Positions 1 through 9,158 of a stretch of DNA of 64,000 nt are shown here, in pieces. The stretch is from sequence record OM456492.1; one strand, given 5' to 3'. The notes under the pieces were generated by a model. It made no database searches. It had not been told where the DNA came from and worked only from the letters and a program-made list of their open reading frames with translations. A program made the translations under genes and the position numbers. The stretch's first letter is position 1; each line of letters starts with the position of its first letter.

Positions 1-813
1 CACAATCCCACCTAACCGACTGCGGTTAAACATGTTATTATCCAGACAAGCCTTAATCATAACGAAGAGGCTAGGCGGATATTCGATGGCGCTAGTAGCG
101 AGTTGTTTTTCATAACTCACCCCGAAGAAGCTGGTATTCAACATCTGCTGTAAAGACAGAATGCTCAGGTCACGCACCCGCGGAGTGATATCTGCAGCCT
201 GCACCATTTCGACGAATTCTGCGATATTACGCGGGAAAAGATATTCTGTGTGGCCTGTCACCGATTCAAACAGTTCCGCAGGTAAGCCTAATTGTTGCTC
301 CAGCATCTGCTGCAAACGTAACGCTTTCACGTCATCTTCGACGTGGTTATAGAACTGCCCCACTGAGAACAATGCAGCCAACGCTTTGATTTGCCCACTT
401 TGATATGGAGCAAGTGCAAACGTGTGGGTAATCGCATCCGACACCCATTTGCTGAAAATCTCATGGTGGTAGGGCATCTGTGCCATCAGTGCAGCAAGCT
501 TACCATTACACCGTTTCCACACCAATTCCCAGCGAGCCTGGTCGAGACGCAATGCGTGTTCGACTGGGTTTCGTATTTTTAGCTCGTTGGTCTTATCCAG
601 CGTGGTAAACGTGGCTGCGTATACATAAACGTCGTCGCCGATAACAATCGGCAAAGGAAACGGTTTTACATCAGCGGTCTCAACAACGTAATGAACTTCA
701 TCGGACTGCGGGACAGTTTGGTTAAGTTTACGGGCTAATTCCAGGTCTGCCTTGGTGCGAGTAAGGTCGATTGCATTAAAGGGATTACCGCTGTAAGCGT
801 TTTCGAGTGCCAT
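1..813 (-). CDS. Probable virion structural protein, partial (runs off the window start)
   Basis: Hand-translated open frame from ATG 813 (MALENAYSGNPFNAIDLTRTK...) to base 1 with no stop. It is divergent from the sheath gene, as recalled for SPN3US/phiKZ. Absent from the ORF track because it is truncated. Confidence 0.7.
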   Translation of the reverse strand, partial: MALENAYSGNPFNAIDLTRTKADLELARKLNQTVPQSDEVHYVVETADVKPFPLPIVIGDDVYVYAATFTTLDKTNELKIRNPVEHALRLDQARWELVWKRCNGKLAALMAQMPYHHEIFSKWVSDAITHTFALAPYQSGQIKALAALFSVGQFYNHVEDDVKALRLQQMLEQQLGLPAELFESVTGHTEYLFPRNIAEFVEMVQAADITPRVRDLSILSLQQMLNTSFFGVSYEKQLATSAIEYPPSLFVMIKACLDNNMFNRSRLGGIV

Positions 814-870
814 GAGTATGATCCTTAGTATGACCATCAGGTCTTTAAGACGAATATATGGAGACGTTCC

Positions 871-2916
871 ATGACTTTTATTCCACGAAACGGCGCGCCG
901 TTGAATAACAAGCAAGGTTGGCAGGATAATTCTGTCCCCGAGCTTGTGCGCACCCCTACGGGTGACGCAATTCATAAGCCGCTGATCTTCACCTTTGCCG
1001 CGCGCGGGGTAGACAACGAGGCGTTCCCGTTAACCGGGGATAATGCACTGTCTCTGCTTGGTCGCAATGTCTTTGACTTGCGAGGCCCCTACGCGACGTT
1101 CAACACGCCCTATCAGGCGATGTTCAACGCTAACGCAAACGAGTGTATGTATCAGCGCTTGATCCCTGAAGATGCGAAGACCGCAAGTGTTCGCGTATTC
1201 GCCGACGTACTCGAAACGAAAGTTCCGTCCTACGAACGCGACGGCAACGGGATCGTTCAGTACGACAACTCGGGCAAGCCCAAGATCAAAGAACAAGTTG
1301 ACGGTTTGGTAATCGTCTTCCGTTCTGTCGTAATCGACGAAACTACCCCGGCCATCGGCGCAGGTGTGGTTATCGAAGGGACGATGACTGGCGAAGGCGG
1401 CACGAAATCGAAGCTGTATCCGTTGTTCGATATCGCAGGCCCGTATGCGGGTGCTGACGTCAACGGTTTCGGTTTCAAACTGATCCCACTCAGCGAGAAA
1501 TCCAGCCCGGCTCTGACCTCCTCCTATCAAAATGAAGTCGGTGGTCGTGTTTACAGCCTGCAATGGTTCGAAACCCTGGCAGGCGTGACTTCTCCGGTAG
1601 TGTGGAAAACTCTTACTGGCATGAGTAGCATCAATTTTAGCTTTAAGCCCGATGCATACTATCAGCCGATGAGAACGCAACTCGACTTCGAAGTTGTTGT
1701 TGCGGATGCATATCGTCAGACGATGCCTGACGTTGGCGAGCTGCCAGATTATGGTCCTTTCGAGCAGTTCTATCTGTATCGCGAGAACCTGGAAACTGTA
1801 CTGGGATTGGCTCAGGCTGCTATCAAGACTGATGCGCCTGCTGACCCGTATATGGTTGACATCTTTGGCGGCTATGATTTACTGGGCCAGCCTTACGATG
1901 GTCTTCAGGTAAACCCGGCTACTGAAACCGGTAAAGTTGTGTTCTCCGCATCCAACATCCACTACCTGCAAGGCGGTAGCGATGGTACCATGAACAACGA
2001 TGTTTACGACGAACTCGTTCGCCGCGAAATGTTGCTGTTCCCGGATGGCGGTAAAGTCCGTTACGACAACGAGCTGAAATACTCGCTGGGTTGTTTCTGG
2101 GACTCTGGCTTTAGCTTCGATACTAAAGCTGCGCTCGTGAACTTCATCGGTCGTTCACGTAACACCTTCTTGACGCTGGCGACTCACGTTTACAACCAAG
2201 GTCGTAACGATGAGCAGACAGAAGAAAGTGCAAAAATCGCCCTGATCGAATTGATCACTGCGGTACCGGAATCTGCCTATTACGGCACTCCGGCTGCACG
2301 CGGTATGGTTACCGGCCAATCGGCATTCATCAAGAACTCTTCCTACAAGAAGCCTGTTCCGATGAACTATTCCCTGGCGAACTTCTTCTCGAAGTACCTG
2401 GGTGCTGCTGAAGGTCGTGCAAAACCGGCTTATCGTTTCAGCCGTGGCGAACTGACGATTATCGAAGATCTGACTGACCTGAGTATGCCGTGGAAAGGCA
2501 ATGAAGTGTATGCGTCTGACTGGGACGTGTCGCTGATCACTGCCCGTTCCTACGACTACTATCGCTTGTTCATTCCGGCGATTCAGTCAATCTACAGCGA
2601 AGATCGTTCTGTACTGAACAACGCCCTGTTCAACTTCATGATGACCTACGTCTATCGTGTTTCCGACCGTGTATGGGCGGACATGTCTGGCGAAGCGGCC
2701 ATGACGGATGATGAACGTGCGAAGATGATTGAGAACAAAATTATCGAACGTCTGGAAGGTCGTCTCGATAACGTTGCTGTCGTCACTCCGAAGGCGTACT
2801 TCACTGCAGACGATAAATCCAATGGTTACTCTGTGACGCTGGACCTGATCGCTGAAGGCGGTGTGCTGCTCACCCAGTTCAACACCACTATCAAAGTTTA
2901 CCGTCGGGAGAGCTAA
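871..2916 (+). CDS. Contractile tail sheath protein (phiKZ gp29-like)
   Basis: 681 aa with a GGAG RBS. Sheath-like GGSDG motif and C-terminal RLEGRLD...VTPKAYFT region. Directly upstream of a tube-sized gene. Confidence 0.85.
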   Translation: MTFIPRNGAPLNNKQGWQDNSVPELVRTPTGDAIHKPLIFTFAARGVDNEAFPLTGDNALSLLGRNVFDLRGPYATFNTPYQAMFNANANECMYQRLIPEDAKTASVRVFADVLETKVPSYERDGNGIVQYDNSGKPKIKEQVDGLVIVFRSVVIDETTPAIGAGVVIEGTMTGEGGTKSKLYPLFDIAGPYAGADVNGFGFKLIPLSEKSSPALTSSYQNEVGGRVYSLQWFETLAGVTSPVVWKTLTGMSSINFSFKPDAYYQPMRTQLDFEVVVADAYRQTMPDVGELPDYGPFEQFYLYRENLETVLGLAQAAIKTDAPADPYMVDIFGGYDLLGQPYDGLQVNPATETGKVVFSASNIHYLQGGSDGTMNNDVYDELVRREMLLFPDGGKVRYDNELKYSLGCFWDSGFSFDTKAALVNFIGRSRNTFLTLATHVYNQGRNDEQTEESAKIALIELITAVPESAYYGTPAARGMVTGQSAFIKNSSYKKPVPMNYSLANFFSKYLGAAEGRAKPAYRFSRGELTIIEDLTDLSMPWKGNEVYASDWDVSLITARSYDYYRLFIPAIQSIYSEDRSVLNNALFNFMMTYVYRVSDRVWADMSGEAAMTDDERAKMIENKIIERLEGRLDNVAVVTPKAYFTADDKSNGYSVTLDLIAEGGVLLTQFNTTIKVYRRES

Positions 2917-2919
2917 TAG

Positions 2920-3795
2920 ATGGCAATCAAAGATCGTCTCATTTTGCCTGATCAGGGTCTGCACGTCGACGGCGGCCAGTACGATATGGTCAACGCGTTC
3001 TCCTCGGGCCAAAACGGCCCGGTTGGACAGGTTGGCAAGTTCGTTACTAACGCCAGCCGTCTGCGTCGTAACGTCATTGCGCGCGTCATGGAATTCCCTC
3101 GTTGGGTGGATTACATGCCGAACCCGCAGATGTGGCGTCAGGCTATCAAGTCCTTTATCGAGGTTCACTCCGAGATTACTGGCCTGGATAAAACCCTGAG
3201 CCATGCGGCTGTTGAAACACAGCAGGGTCGTAACAACCGTACCCAGTATGAAGCTGGTCTGGTAACGGAAGCACTGTCCTCTGTTACCTTCACCACCCCG
3301 GATAAACTCGGGAAGGTGTACCAGAATATGCTGTGGGCGTGGCTGGTTTACGGTGTTTGTGATCCCCAGACTGGTCACCCAGGCCTGGCCGCAATCAACC
3401 CGAACGTTCCTGACCACCTGCCGGATATGTACAGCATGACCGTGCTGTTCATCGAACCGGATGCATATCAGCGTAAACCGCAGAATGCGTGGTGGTTAAC
3501 GAACATGATTCCGGAAACCGCTGGCCAGGATATCGGTGAGCGTGAAACCAACACCGGTCCGCAGATTAACGAACTGTCAATCGCCTTTACCTCCCAGCAA
3601 TGGACAGGTTGGGGTCCGATGCAGGCCGCTGCGAAAGAGCTGGACCGTATGAAGTTGTACGGTCTGCGTCCTTACGAACGCAAACTGTGGCTTACTCCGT
3701 CTCAGCAGACCGACGGTATCAACCCGGACGTCAACGCAACCCCAGGTGGTTACAACTCTGTCTCCGACGAGCAGATGGCCAACCAGATGCGCTAA
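2920..3795 (+). CDS. Tail tube protein (phiKZ gp30-like)
   Basis: 291 aa, 3 nt after the sheath stop. Contains the MTVLFIEPD...WWLTNMIP tube-like segment and is followed by a terminator. Confidence 0.8.
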   Translation: MAIKDRLILPDQGLHVDGGQYDMVNAFSSGQNGPVGQVGKFVTNASRLRRNVIARVMEFPRWVDYMPNPQMWRQAIKSFIEVHSEITGLDKTLSHAAVETQQGRNNRTQYEAGLVTEALSSVTFTTPDKLGKVYQNMLWAWLVYGVCDPQTGHPGLAAINPNVPDHLPDMYSMTVLFIEPDAYQRKPQNAWWLTNMIPETAGQDIGERETNTGPQINELSIAFTSQQWTGWGPMQAAAKELDRMKLYGLRPYERKLWLTPSQQTDGINPDVNATPGGYNSVSDEQMANQMR

Positions 3796-3796
3796 G

Positions 3797-3852
3797 ACAA
3801 AAAAAAACAAGCGTTACCTCTCTCCATCTGGAGAGAGGTACGTTTTATTTTT
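3797..3852. terminator. Bidirectional intrinsic terminator
   Basis: TACCTCTCTCCA-TC-TGGAGAGAGGTA inverted repeat with an A-run before and a T-run after, between convergent genes. Confidence 0.85.
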
Positions 3853-4387
3853 TCGGTTGGCTAGCATCAATTTCACGCTGCGCATTGGCACGAATCAGCA
3901 AGTTCTTGATTTGTAACAATAACAGATAGGTTACGAGCACATCGAATTCAGACGGTGGTTGAACGTCGCCCAAGTCTGGATGGGCAATCTTCCAGAGAGA
4001 CATCCCGTCTTTATAACCTTGCCCTGATTCCGCTGCGAGAATGTCGTTGGTGGACATGCTAATGAGTTCGTGTTCCAGTTGACGGAGCACCTCGTCGCCC
4101 AATTCTACCTGCAACAGACATTTAAAGCGAATGATAAACCCCGCGATAATACGACCGCTACTACCTTTGGTGATCGTGTCGAGAAAACGCTGGTAGCCGT
4201 TGATGGTGTGCGGGATAATCTCAACCGGATATTCGGCAATGGTTTCGAATGCATCTTCCAGTATAGCTTTCATGGACAACGTAAACACGTCACCGATCTG
4301 ATTGATGTGGCGAATAATGTCTTCACGTTTCATATCAGATGGAATCGGTTTGATATCATCCTGACCGAGAGTATTAAGTTGCTTCAT
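3845..4387 (-). CDS. Hypothetical protein
   Basis: ORF track 3845..4423. Start moved to MKQLN (4387), which follows a GGAG RBS. Confidence 0.7.
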   Translation of the reverse strand: MKQLNTLGQDDIKPIPSDMKREDIIRHINQIGDVFTLSMKAILEDAFETIAEYPVEIIPHTINGYQRFLDTITKGSSGRIIAGFIIRFKCLLQVELGDEVLRQLEHELISMSTNDILAAESGQGYKDGMSLWKIAHPDLGDVQPPSEFDVLVTYLLLLQIKNLLIRANAQREIDASQPKK

Positions 4388-4402
4388 TGTAGCTCCAAAA
4401 TC

Positions 4403-4438
4403 AAAAAAAAATAGGGCAGTCATAAGACCACCCTATTG
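4403..4438 (-). terminator. Intrinsic terminator
   Basis: AATAGGG..GTC-ataa-GAC..CCCTATT stem with a T-run on the minus strand. Confidence 0.6.
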
Positions 4439-4492
4439 TTTACTGCTTCCGACCGAGTAGCTCAGCGAGTTACTTTGGGCTGGACGGAATCA

Positions 4493-4981
4493 TTATTCGT
4501 CGTCTTCGTCTTCTTCATCAGTTGCCATCATGGACTTGGCAAACTCTTTACGCAGTTTGCCTTCCAACGCTTTAGACTTCGGAGAACCGAAACCGTAAGA
4601 GATGGACGCTGCCCATTCTTTCTGAGTTGGGTTTTCAGTAACCGGGCGAGAGAACACGGTAGAGAATGCTGCGTTACCGATATCCAGCGTTAAGTCCAGT
4701 GCACCGATATCGCTATCCGCTTTTGCACGGTCAGCAATCAGACCACCGGCAACGCCACCGAACAGTTCAGTGAAGTTTGCGTCGTGCTGTCGCAGAGCGT
4801 CCGCGTCTTCCAGTGTGAAGCGATAGTCCACATCCCCAACTTTCGTTACCGGCAATGTGTCTTCGTAAATCTTAACCAGCGGGTCAGCGTTCAGCGCCAG
4901 GTCTTCGGACAGGGTTGCTGCCGGCGTGTCCAGTTCAGCGATCAGTTTGTGCAGTGCTTTCATTGAAGTTACTTCAGCCAT
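4493..4981 (-). CDS. Hypothetical protein with acidic C-terminal tail
   Basis: 162 aa, strong TAAGGA RBS, ends DEEDEDDE. Confidence 0.75.
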   Translation of the reverse strand: MAEVTSMKALHKLIAELDTPAATLSEDLALNADPLVKIYEDTLPVTKVGDVDYRFTLEDADALRQHDANFTELFGGVAGGLIADRAKADSDIGALDLTLDIGNAAFSTVFSRPVTENPTQKEWAASISYGFGSPKSKALEGKLRKEFAKSMMATDEEDEDDE

Positions 4982-5007
4982 CTTAATATTCCTTAAGGTC
5001 AGTGTGA

Positions 5008-5679
5008 TTAATCGTGTGAAAGACGAGCTTCGAGGTCGTCGATAATGGTATCTGTGAAATAGCTAATATCTAGCTGCTCCACGAAATCCCTGCGTTCCAG
5101 AATGCGCTCTGCGAAGAGCGTACCGTACCAACTAGGGACATTACTAACGCCGTTGCGTCCGAACTTCTGTTGGACATGACTAACGGCATGGAATTTTGCA
5201 TCACCTTTACTTTTACCCTGCTCACGGGCAAACAGATAAGAACGGTGCATGTAATTGCTCACGTCGTCTACAGACGGTATACCGCGGTCAGCTGCGGCAA
5301 CTATCTCAGAGACAATCCCGTTGTAGTTCCCTTTGTGAGAACTGCGGTGTTCTAAGACTGCATGGGCAATCGTCAAACACTCATCATCGGTAAGTTTATA
5401 CTTACGTTTGAGCACTGGCTTGTTATCCAGTATCCAGCTATACCCTTTGATGTGGTGCGACGCACGGTCTTCTTTGGTAGAGAAGATATCGTGAGCTGCC
5501 ACCGCAATCAGTATCAGCTTCAGGTGTTCGGTTTGCCCAAGCATATACGCGATACGAATCGCATTTGATTTAACTGAGTTGATGTGATCCATGCGATGCG
5601 CACTATCGGTATAACGATAGAAGTCGCGGAATTGACGAACCAGTTTTTCCCAAAGTTTGTTGAGTTCAGTGCCCTGCAT
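5008..5679 (-). CDS. HD-domain phosphohydrolase
   Basis: Motifs H(RMDH), AAHDIF, LEHR and AAADR match the H...HD...H...D pattern. Confidence 0.85.
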   Translation of the reverse strand: MQGTELNKLWEKLVRQFRDFYRYTDSAHRMDHINSVKSNAIRIAYMLGQTEHLKLILIAVAAHDIFSTKEDRASHHIKGYSWILDNKPVLKRKYKLTDDECLTIAHAVLEHRSSHKGNYNGIVSEIVAAADRGIPSVDDVSNYMHRSYLFAREQGKSKGDAKFHAVSHVQQKFGRNGVSNVPSWYGTLFAERILERRDFVEQLDISYFTDTIIDDLEARLSHD

Positions 5680-5713
5680 GTAAATATTCCTTACGATAAT
5701 GGTCGATTAACTA

Positions 5714-6103
5714 CTACGAGAATGTGTGATAACAACGTGTCAGTGTAACCTTCGCGTTATCAGAATGGTCTTCGTTGGTATACATCACCGGCCAGATAAT
5801 GTTATCAGACGAAAGCGCCTTTGATAACCCTTCAATCAATTCCTTCATTGAGGTTCCCTTCAGCCGATGGGTCGTACGCCACCTGTGTGACGTCATACGG
5901 CTATAAACCACCATATCTGGTGTAAGGGTACTACTTTCCTCCTTAATCTCCTCTAAACGCTTCTCCTCGCTTTCTACGAAGCTTAGTAAAGCATCTGGAT
6001 TTCGAACAAACTCACCGAAACGATCGTCTCGGCGCAAGCCACAAAGAACCCATAGCGTAAATGGATCTCTGCACGCATCTACCAACCCCTCTGCGATTTT
6101 CAT
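5714..6103 (-). CDS. Hypothetical protein (paralog of 6158..6556)
   Basis: 129 aa. Shares the DPF...LC...EKRL.E pattern with its neighbour. Confidence 0.7.
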   Translation of the reverse strand: MKIAEGLVDACRDPFTLWVLCGLRRDDRFGEFVRNPDALLSFVESEEKRLEEIKEESSTLTPDMVVYSRMTSHRWRTTHRLKGTSMKELIEGLSKALSSDNIIWPVMYTNEDHSDNAKVTLTRCYHTFS

Positions 6104-6157
6104 TTTATTCCTTCCTACACAGTCAAAGGATTTGTACGATTCGTTATTTTTGAGAGA

Positions 6158-6556
6158 TCAGATCAGCTGCTCGGCGCGCAAACGTCTCAACGTGTTCGTT
6201 GCTGTAATAAGAACATCTTGCAGCTCTTGTATTGCTTCGCCATCAAAGTACGCTTTAAGATGCAGGTCGCTGGTGATGAGTCCGCCGTATTTGTAAGGCA
6301 GGTCTGTAATATCACAGACGATGGGATTTTCTGCTCGCCACTTTTCATCAGCAATGAGAATAAGAAACTTCCAGGCGTTTTGATTGTCGAGCGATTCACC
6401 GGTTTCTGGCTTGTAGAGTTCTTTTAAACGTTTATCGCGCTCAGCGATAAGGTATTCGTCATCAGTCAACAGACGAATTAAATCGGCTTCGTTGCTCTCG
6501 GCTTTAGCACAAAGCATCATGGCAACAAAGGGGTCTTGGCGTAGTTGGTTAGTCAT
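6158..6556 (-). CDS. Hypothetical early protein (paralog of 5714..6103)
   Basis: 132 aa, AAGGAG RBS, downstream of the promoter motif at 6616. Confidence 0.75.
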   Translation of the reverse strand: MTNQLRQDPFVAMMLCAKAESNEADLIRLLTDDEYLIAERDKRLKELYKPETGESLDNQNAWKFLILIADEKWRAENPIVCDITDLPYKYGGLITSDLHLKAYFDGEAIQELQDVLITATNTLRRLRAEQLI

Positions 6557-6615
6557 TGTAAATACTCCTTCTGGGTAATAGTCGATTAAAGCGTTAACGT
6601 GTAACGCTCACCTAA

Positions 6616-6639
6616 GTAATATATATCTCAGTTCTTTTT
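6616..6639 (-). promoter_or_regulatory. Putative early (virion RNAP) promoter
   Basis: Minus strand AAAAAGAACTGAGATATATATTAC. Contains TATATTAC, recalled as the phiKZ early consensus. Four similar copies occur in the window. Confidence 0.65.
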
Positions 6640-6651
6640 GAATGCAATTAA

Positions 6652-6694
6652 TAAAATAAAAAGGCTCACCCGTATCCGAAGATAGGATGAGCCT
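6652..6694 (-). terminator. Intrinsic terminator
   Basis: AGGCTCA..TATC-cgaa-GATA..TGAGCCT stem (UUCG loop on the minus strand) plus a T-run. Confidence 0.75.
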
Positions 6695-6702
6695 ACTGGA
6701 GC

Positions 6703-7296
6703 TTAGACTTGCAGTAGTGTCCCCGAGTGAGTAATCGGGTCATTGTAGAACGCTTCACACTGGAGGCAAATGCCATCAATGTTCGGTTCTTCAGTTCGCG
6801 ACCATATTGCCGCGCCACCTTGCAAAATCCATTCTCGACAGTTACGACCATAATCGTCGACAAGCAAATTACCTCGCGAGGCGTAAGCTTTCTTCTGCCC
6901 TGAACTTTCGGTGACGATGACTTTGTCAGCTGGTACCCCAAAGTGCTTCATGAACCACCGTTGTTTTGAGTCCACAACTAATTGGTGGTCGTAGTGATCT
7001 TCTGATCCAGAGGTGAGTATTGCCCAACTGTCGCAAAGTCTATCTACCGTTTCCAGGATTCGCTCTACACCCTCAATTGGTTCGAGTTTGTAAAACAAGT
7101 CAGGATCGTTCTGATACATCGAACGAACCAAACTACGGCGACGGAGTTCAGGTAGTGCGTTAAACTCTTTAATCGTCATTCCGGGAAAATGTGTGGATAA
7201 AACGTATTTACGCCAGCGTGCAAAAACGCCATCGCTATCCAGATAAAACATCTTCTTGTCCTTATTTTGTTCCCCAACACATGAAACCAACGTCAT
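6703..7296 (-). CDS. HAD-family 5'(3')-deoxyribonucleotidase (NT5C-like)
   Basis: YLDSDGVF (DxDGV), ILTS and LLVDDYGRN motifs. True start may be MFYLD. Confidence 0.8.
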   Translation of the reverse strand: MTLVSCVGEQNKDKKMFYLDSDGVFARWRKYVLSTHFPGMTIKEFNALPELRRRSLVRSMYQNDPDLFYKLEPIEGVERILETVDRLCDSWAILTSGSEDHYDHQLVVDSKQRWFMKHFGVPADKVIVTESSGQKKAYASRGNLLVDDYGRNCREWILQGGAAIWSRTEEPNIDGICLQCEAFYNDPITHSGTLLQV

Positions 7297-7304
7297 GTAA
7301 AAAA

Positions 7305-7604
7305 TTACATCTGCTTTATTGCCATATTCGAACGATACGGCTCAGTGAGTAGAAAGTAAGTACGGCGATAGTCGATTGTCACTCCAGCCTCTTTAATGTC
7401 GCAATAGAGTGCCATGATATCTAGCGACGCGATTCCGGAGATGATGTTATTAATCTTGCGTTTTGTATCAAAACGTTCCGATAAGATTTCGGCAAGCACT
7501 TCTTTACCAGCCTTTCCTTGGATAGCGTAGATCGCTAACGCTTTCAGTTCTTCCGGCGTCAAACAACGAAGGGTCGGAGGTATTGCGATGTTAACGACCT
7601 TCAT
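7305..7604 (-). CDS. Hypothetical protein
   Basis: 99 aa, co-oriented and closely packed, with an AAGGGG RBS. Confidence 0.65.
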   Translation of the reverse strand: MKVVNIAIPPTLRCLTPEELKALAIYAIQGKAGKEVLAEILSERFDTKRKINNIISGIASLDIMALYCDIKEAGVTIDYRRTYFLLTEPYRSNMAIKQM

Positions 7605-7660
7605 GCGTCCCCCTTACTGTAGTGGTTTTTAGTTGTGATTTGCAGACCACGAACTAGGCA

Positions 7661-8290
7661 CTACGGTGAAACGACGTATTCGTTCAGTGCGTTATCAAAA
7701 GCAGTACGCGCAGTGGCGACCGCCTCCGAGACCTTAACTTCACCGCGCTCCCAGTTGACGCTGATAATCAGTCGATAAAATTCGCCGGCTTTCAGCAGTT
7801 GACTGGTAGACAGGCGCACATCTTGTCCGAAACTTAAGTGATAGACAAAAACATGGCCACCGTTGCGAAGTTCTGACAACCGCATCTCACCCAGGTAAAT
7901 CGGTTTGATATCCCAGTTCGACATGCGGTGTGGTACAATCCATACTTCACCCGCCCGATTCGGTTCTTGCGTCAGGTTGACCGAAGGCTGCGCTACATCA
8001 CGTTCATCAAAACCGTAAAGATACAATCGTGTGGGTATTTCGATTGCAGAGAAGTTGTGACGTGCACCCTTAATCGCTCGCTCTAAATCTACCGAGCAGC
8101 AAATCCTGGGTACAGTCTTGTCTTCATCTGGCGCGCACGAAAGTGGGATACGCGGCGAAAACGTCGCTATCTTACACTTGCTTAAATGCAGCGGCTGTTC
8201 AGTCAGTTTACGCAACGTCAACTTTTTGGCGACGTGCGGCATCTGGCGTTCACACCACCGCTCTAATGACGGGTCGATATGTTCTGCCAT
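7661..8290 (-). CDS. Conserved jumbo-phage protein next to the protease (possible ART-like fold)
   Basis: FSPRIP...EDKTVPRICCS...GEVWI motifs. Starts 2 nt after the protease stop. Confidence 0.6.
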   Translation of the reverse strand: MAEHIDPSLERWCERQMPHVAKKLTLRKLTEQPLHLSKCKIATFSPRIPLSCAPDEDKTVPRICCSVDLERAIKGARHNFSAIEIPTRLYLYGFDERDVAQPSVNLTQEPNRAGEVWIVPHRMSNWDIKPIYLGEMRLSELRNGGHVFVYHLSFGQDVRLSTSQLLKAGEFYRLIISVNWERGEVKVSEAVATARTAFDNALNEYVVSP

Positions 8291-8292
8291 TT

Positions 8293-9096
8293 TTACCAGC
8301 TCCTTACACCCATGCCCATTACCCGCAGATTGGACACTTTCGGAGCCAGCTGCAGGTATTCCTGCGCGAGTTGTTGGAGAGCACCACGACGGGACTCAGT
8401 GGCAACAGCGCTGGTCGTTGTCGGATTGTACAGAATGTCTTCCAACACTTGACGACTGATAGGACGGTCGACGTAAGTGCGAGTAGATTCCTGTGCCACT
8501 TTACTACCGCGTTGAATCGCGGAGTATTTGTTACAGATTTGCAGGCCATCTTCGATAACCCAGTCAAAGGTGACCAGTTTATCGATACGGCGTACGATAG
8601 TCGTACCCAGACGACCTTCACGAACGATAGCACGCAATGAGAAACACACGTTCTGATGTGGGTTCTCTAGTGCTTCCGCCAGAAGCGGACCACGTTCACG
8701 GTTAGGTTTAATCCAACCCCAGATTTCCATCACCGGCAGACCGTTACACATCTGGTCGGTCGGCTTCACTTCTACTTCGCGAATGTGCATACACACGTTA
8801 CGCGTTTCGATCCATTCGTTACGTTCGATCCACTGGGCTTCGCTCATGCCTTGTTCGTATTGCGGATGGTCTTCTTCACCGAAGAGATTCCCCGCTAAAA
8901 CTTTACGCATGAATACGTTAGAGCGCTCGAAGACATGTTTTGACTCGTTATAGGCGTAGTAAATATTCTCAGAGTTGAAAATATTCAGTGCACCTAACAG
9001 GACGTAGTAATACCCGTCCGCATCTTTCTTTAGCGTTGCCCCTTTATTGACCCCAGCGAGTGCCACGCAGTTATAACGTAGTGACAAGTTTTCCAT
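8293..9096 (-). CDS. Prohead maturation protease (T4 gp21/phiKZ gp175-like)
   Basis: LFGEEDHP (His motif), CFSLRA (Ser motif) and TFDWV (Asp motif) in T4 gp21 order. Confidence 0.85.
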   Translation of the reverse strand: MENLSLRYNCVALAGVNKGATLKKDADGYYYVLLGALNIFNSENIYYAYNESKHVFERSNVFMRKVLAGNLFGEEDHPQYEQGMSEAQWIERNEWIETRNVCMHIREVEVKPTDQMCNGLPVMEIWGWIKPNRERGPLLAEALENPHQNVCFSLRAIVREGRLGTTIVRRIDKLVTFDWVIEDGLQICNKYSAIQRGSKVAQESTRTYVDRPISRQVLEDILYNPTTTSAVATESRRGALQQLAQEYLQLAPKVSNLRVMGMGVRSW

Positions 9097-9158
9097 TGGT
9101 TTCCCCAGTTGTTATTACCGAAGTGGGTTATTGGGGACGTACAATAACCCTACCCCAG

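Noticed and set aside
814-870. TATG motifs between the divergent structural genes as late promoters
   Set aside because: A 4-nt motif is too short to call without TSS data.
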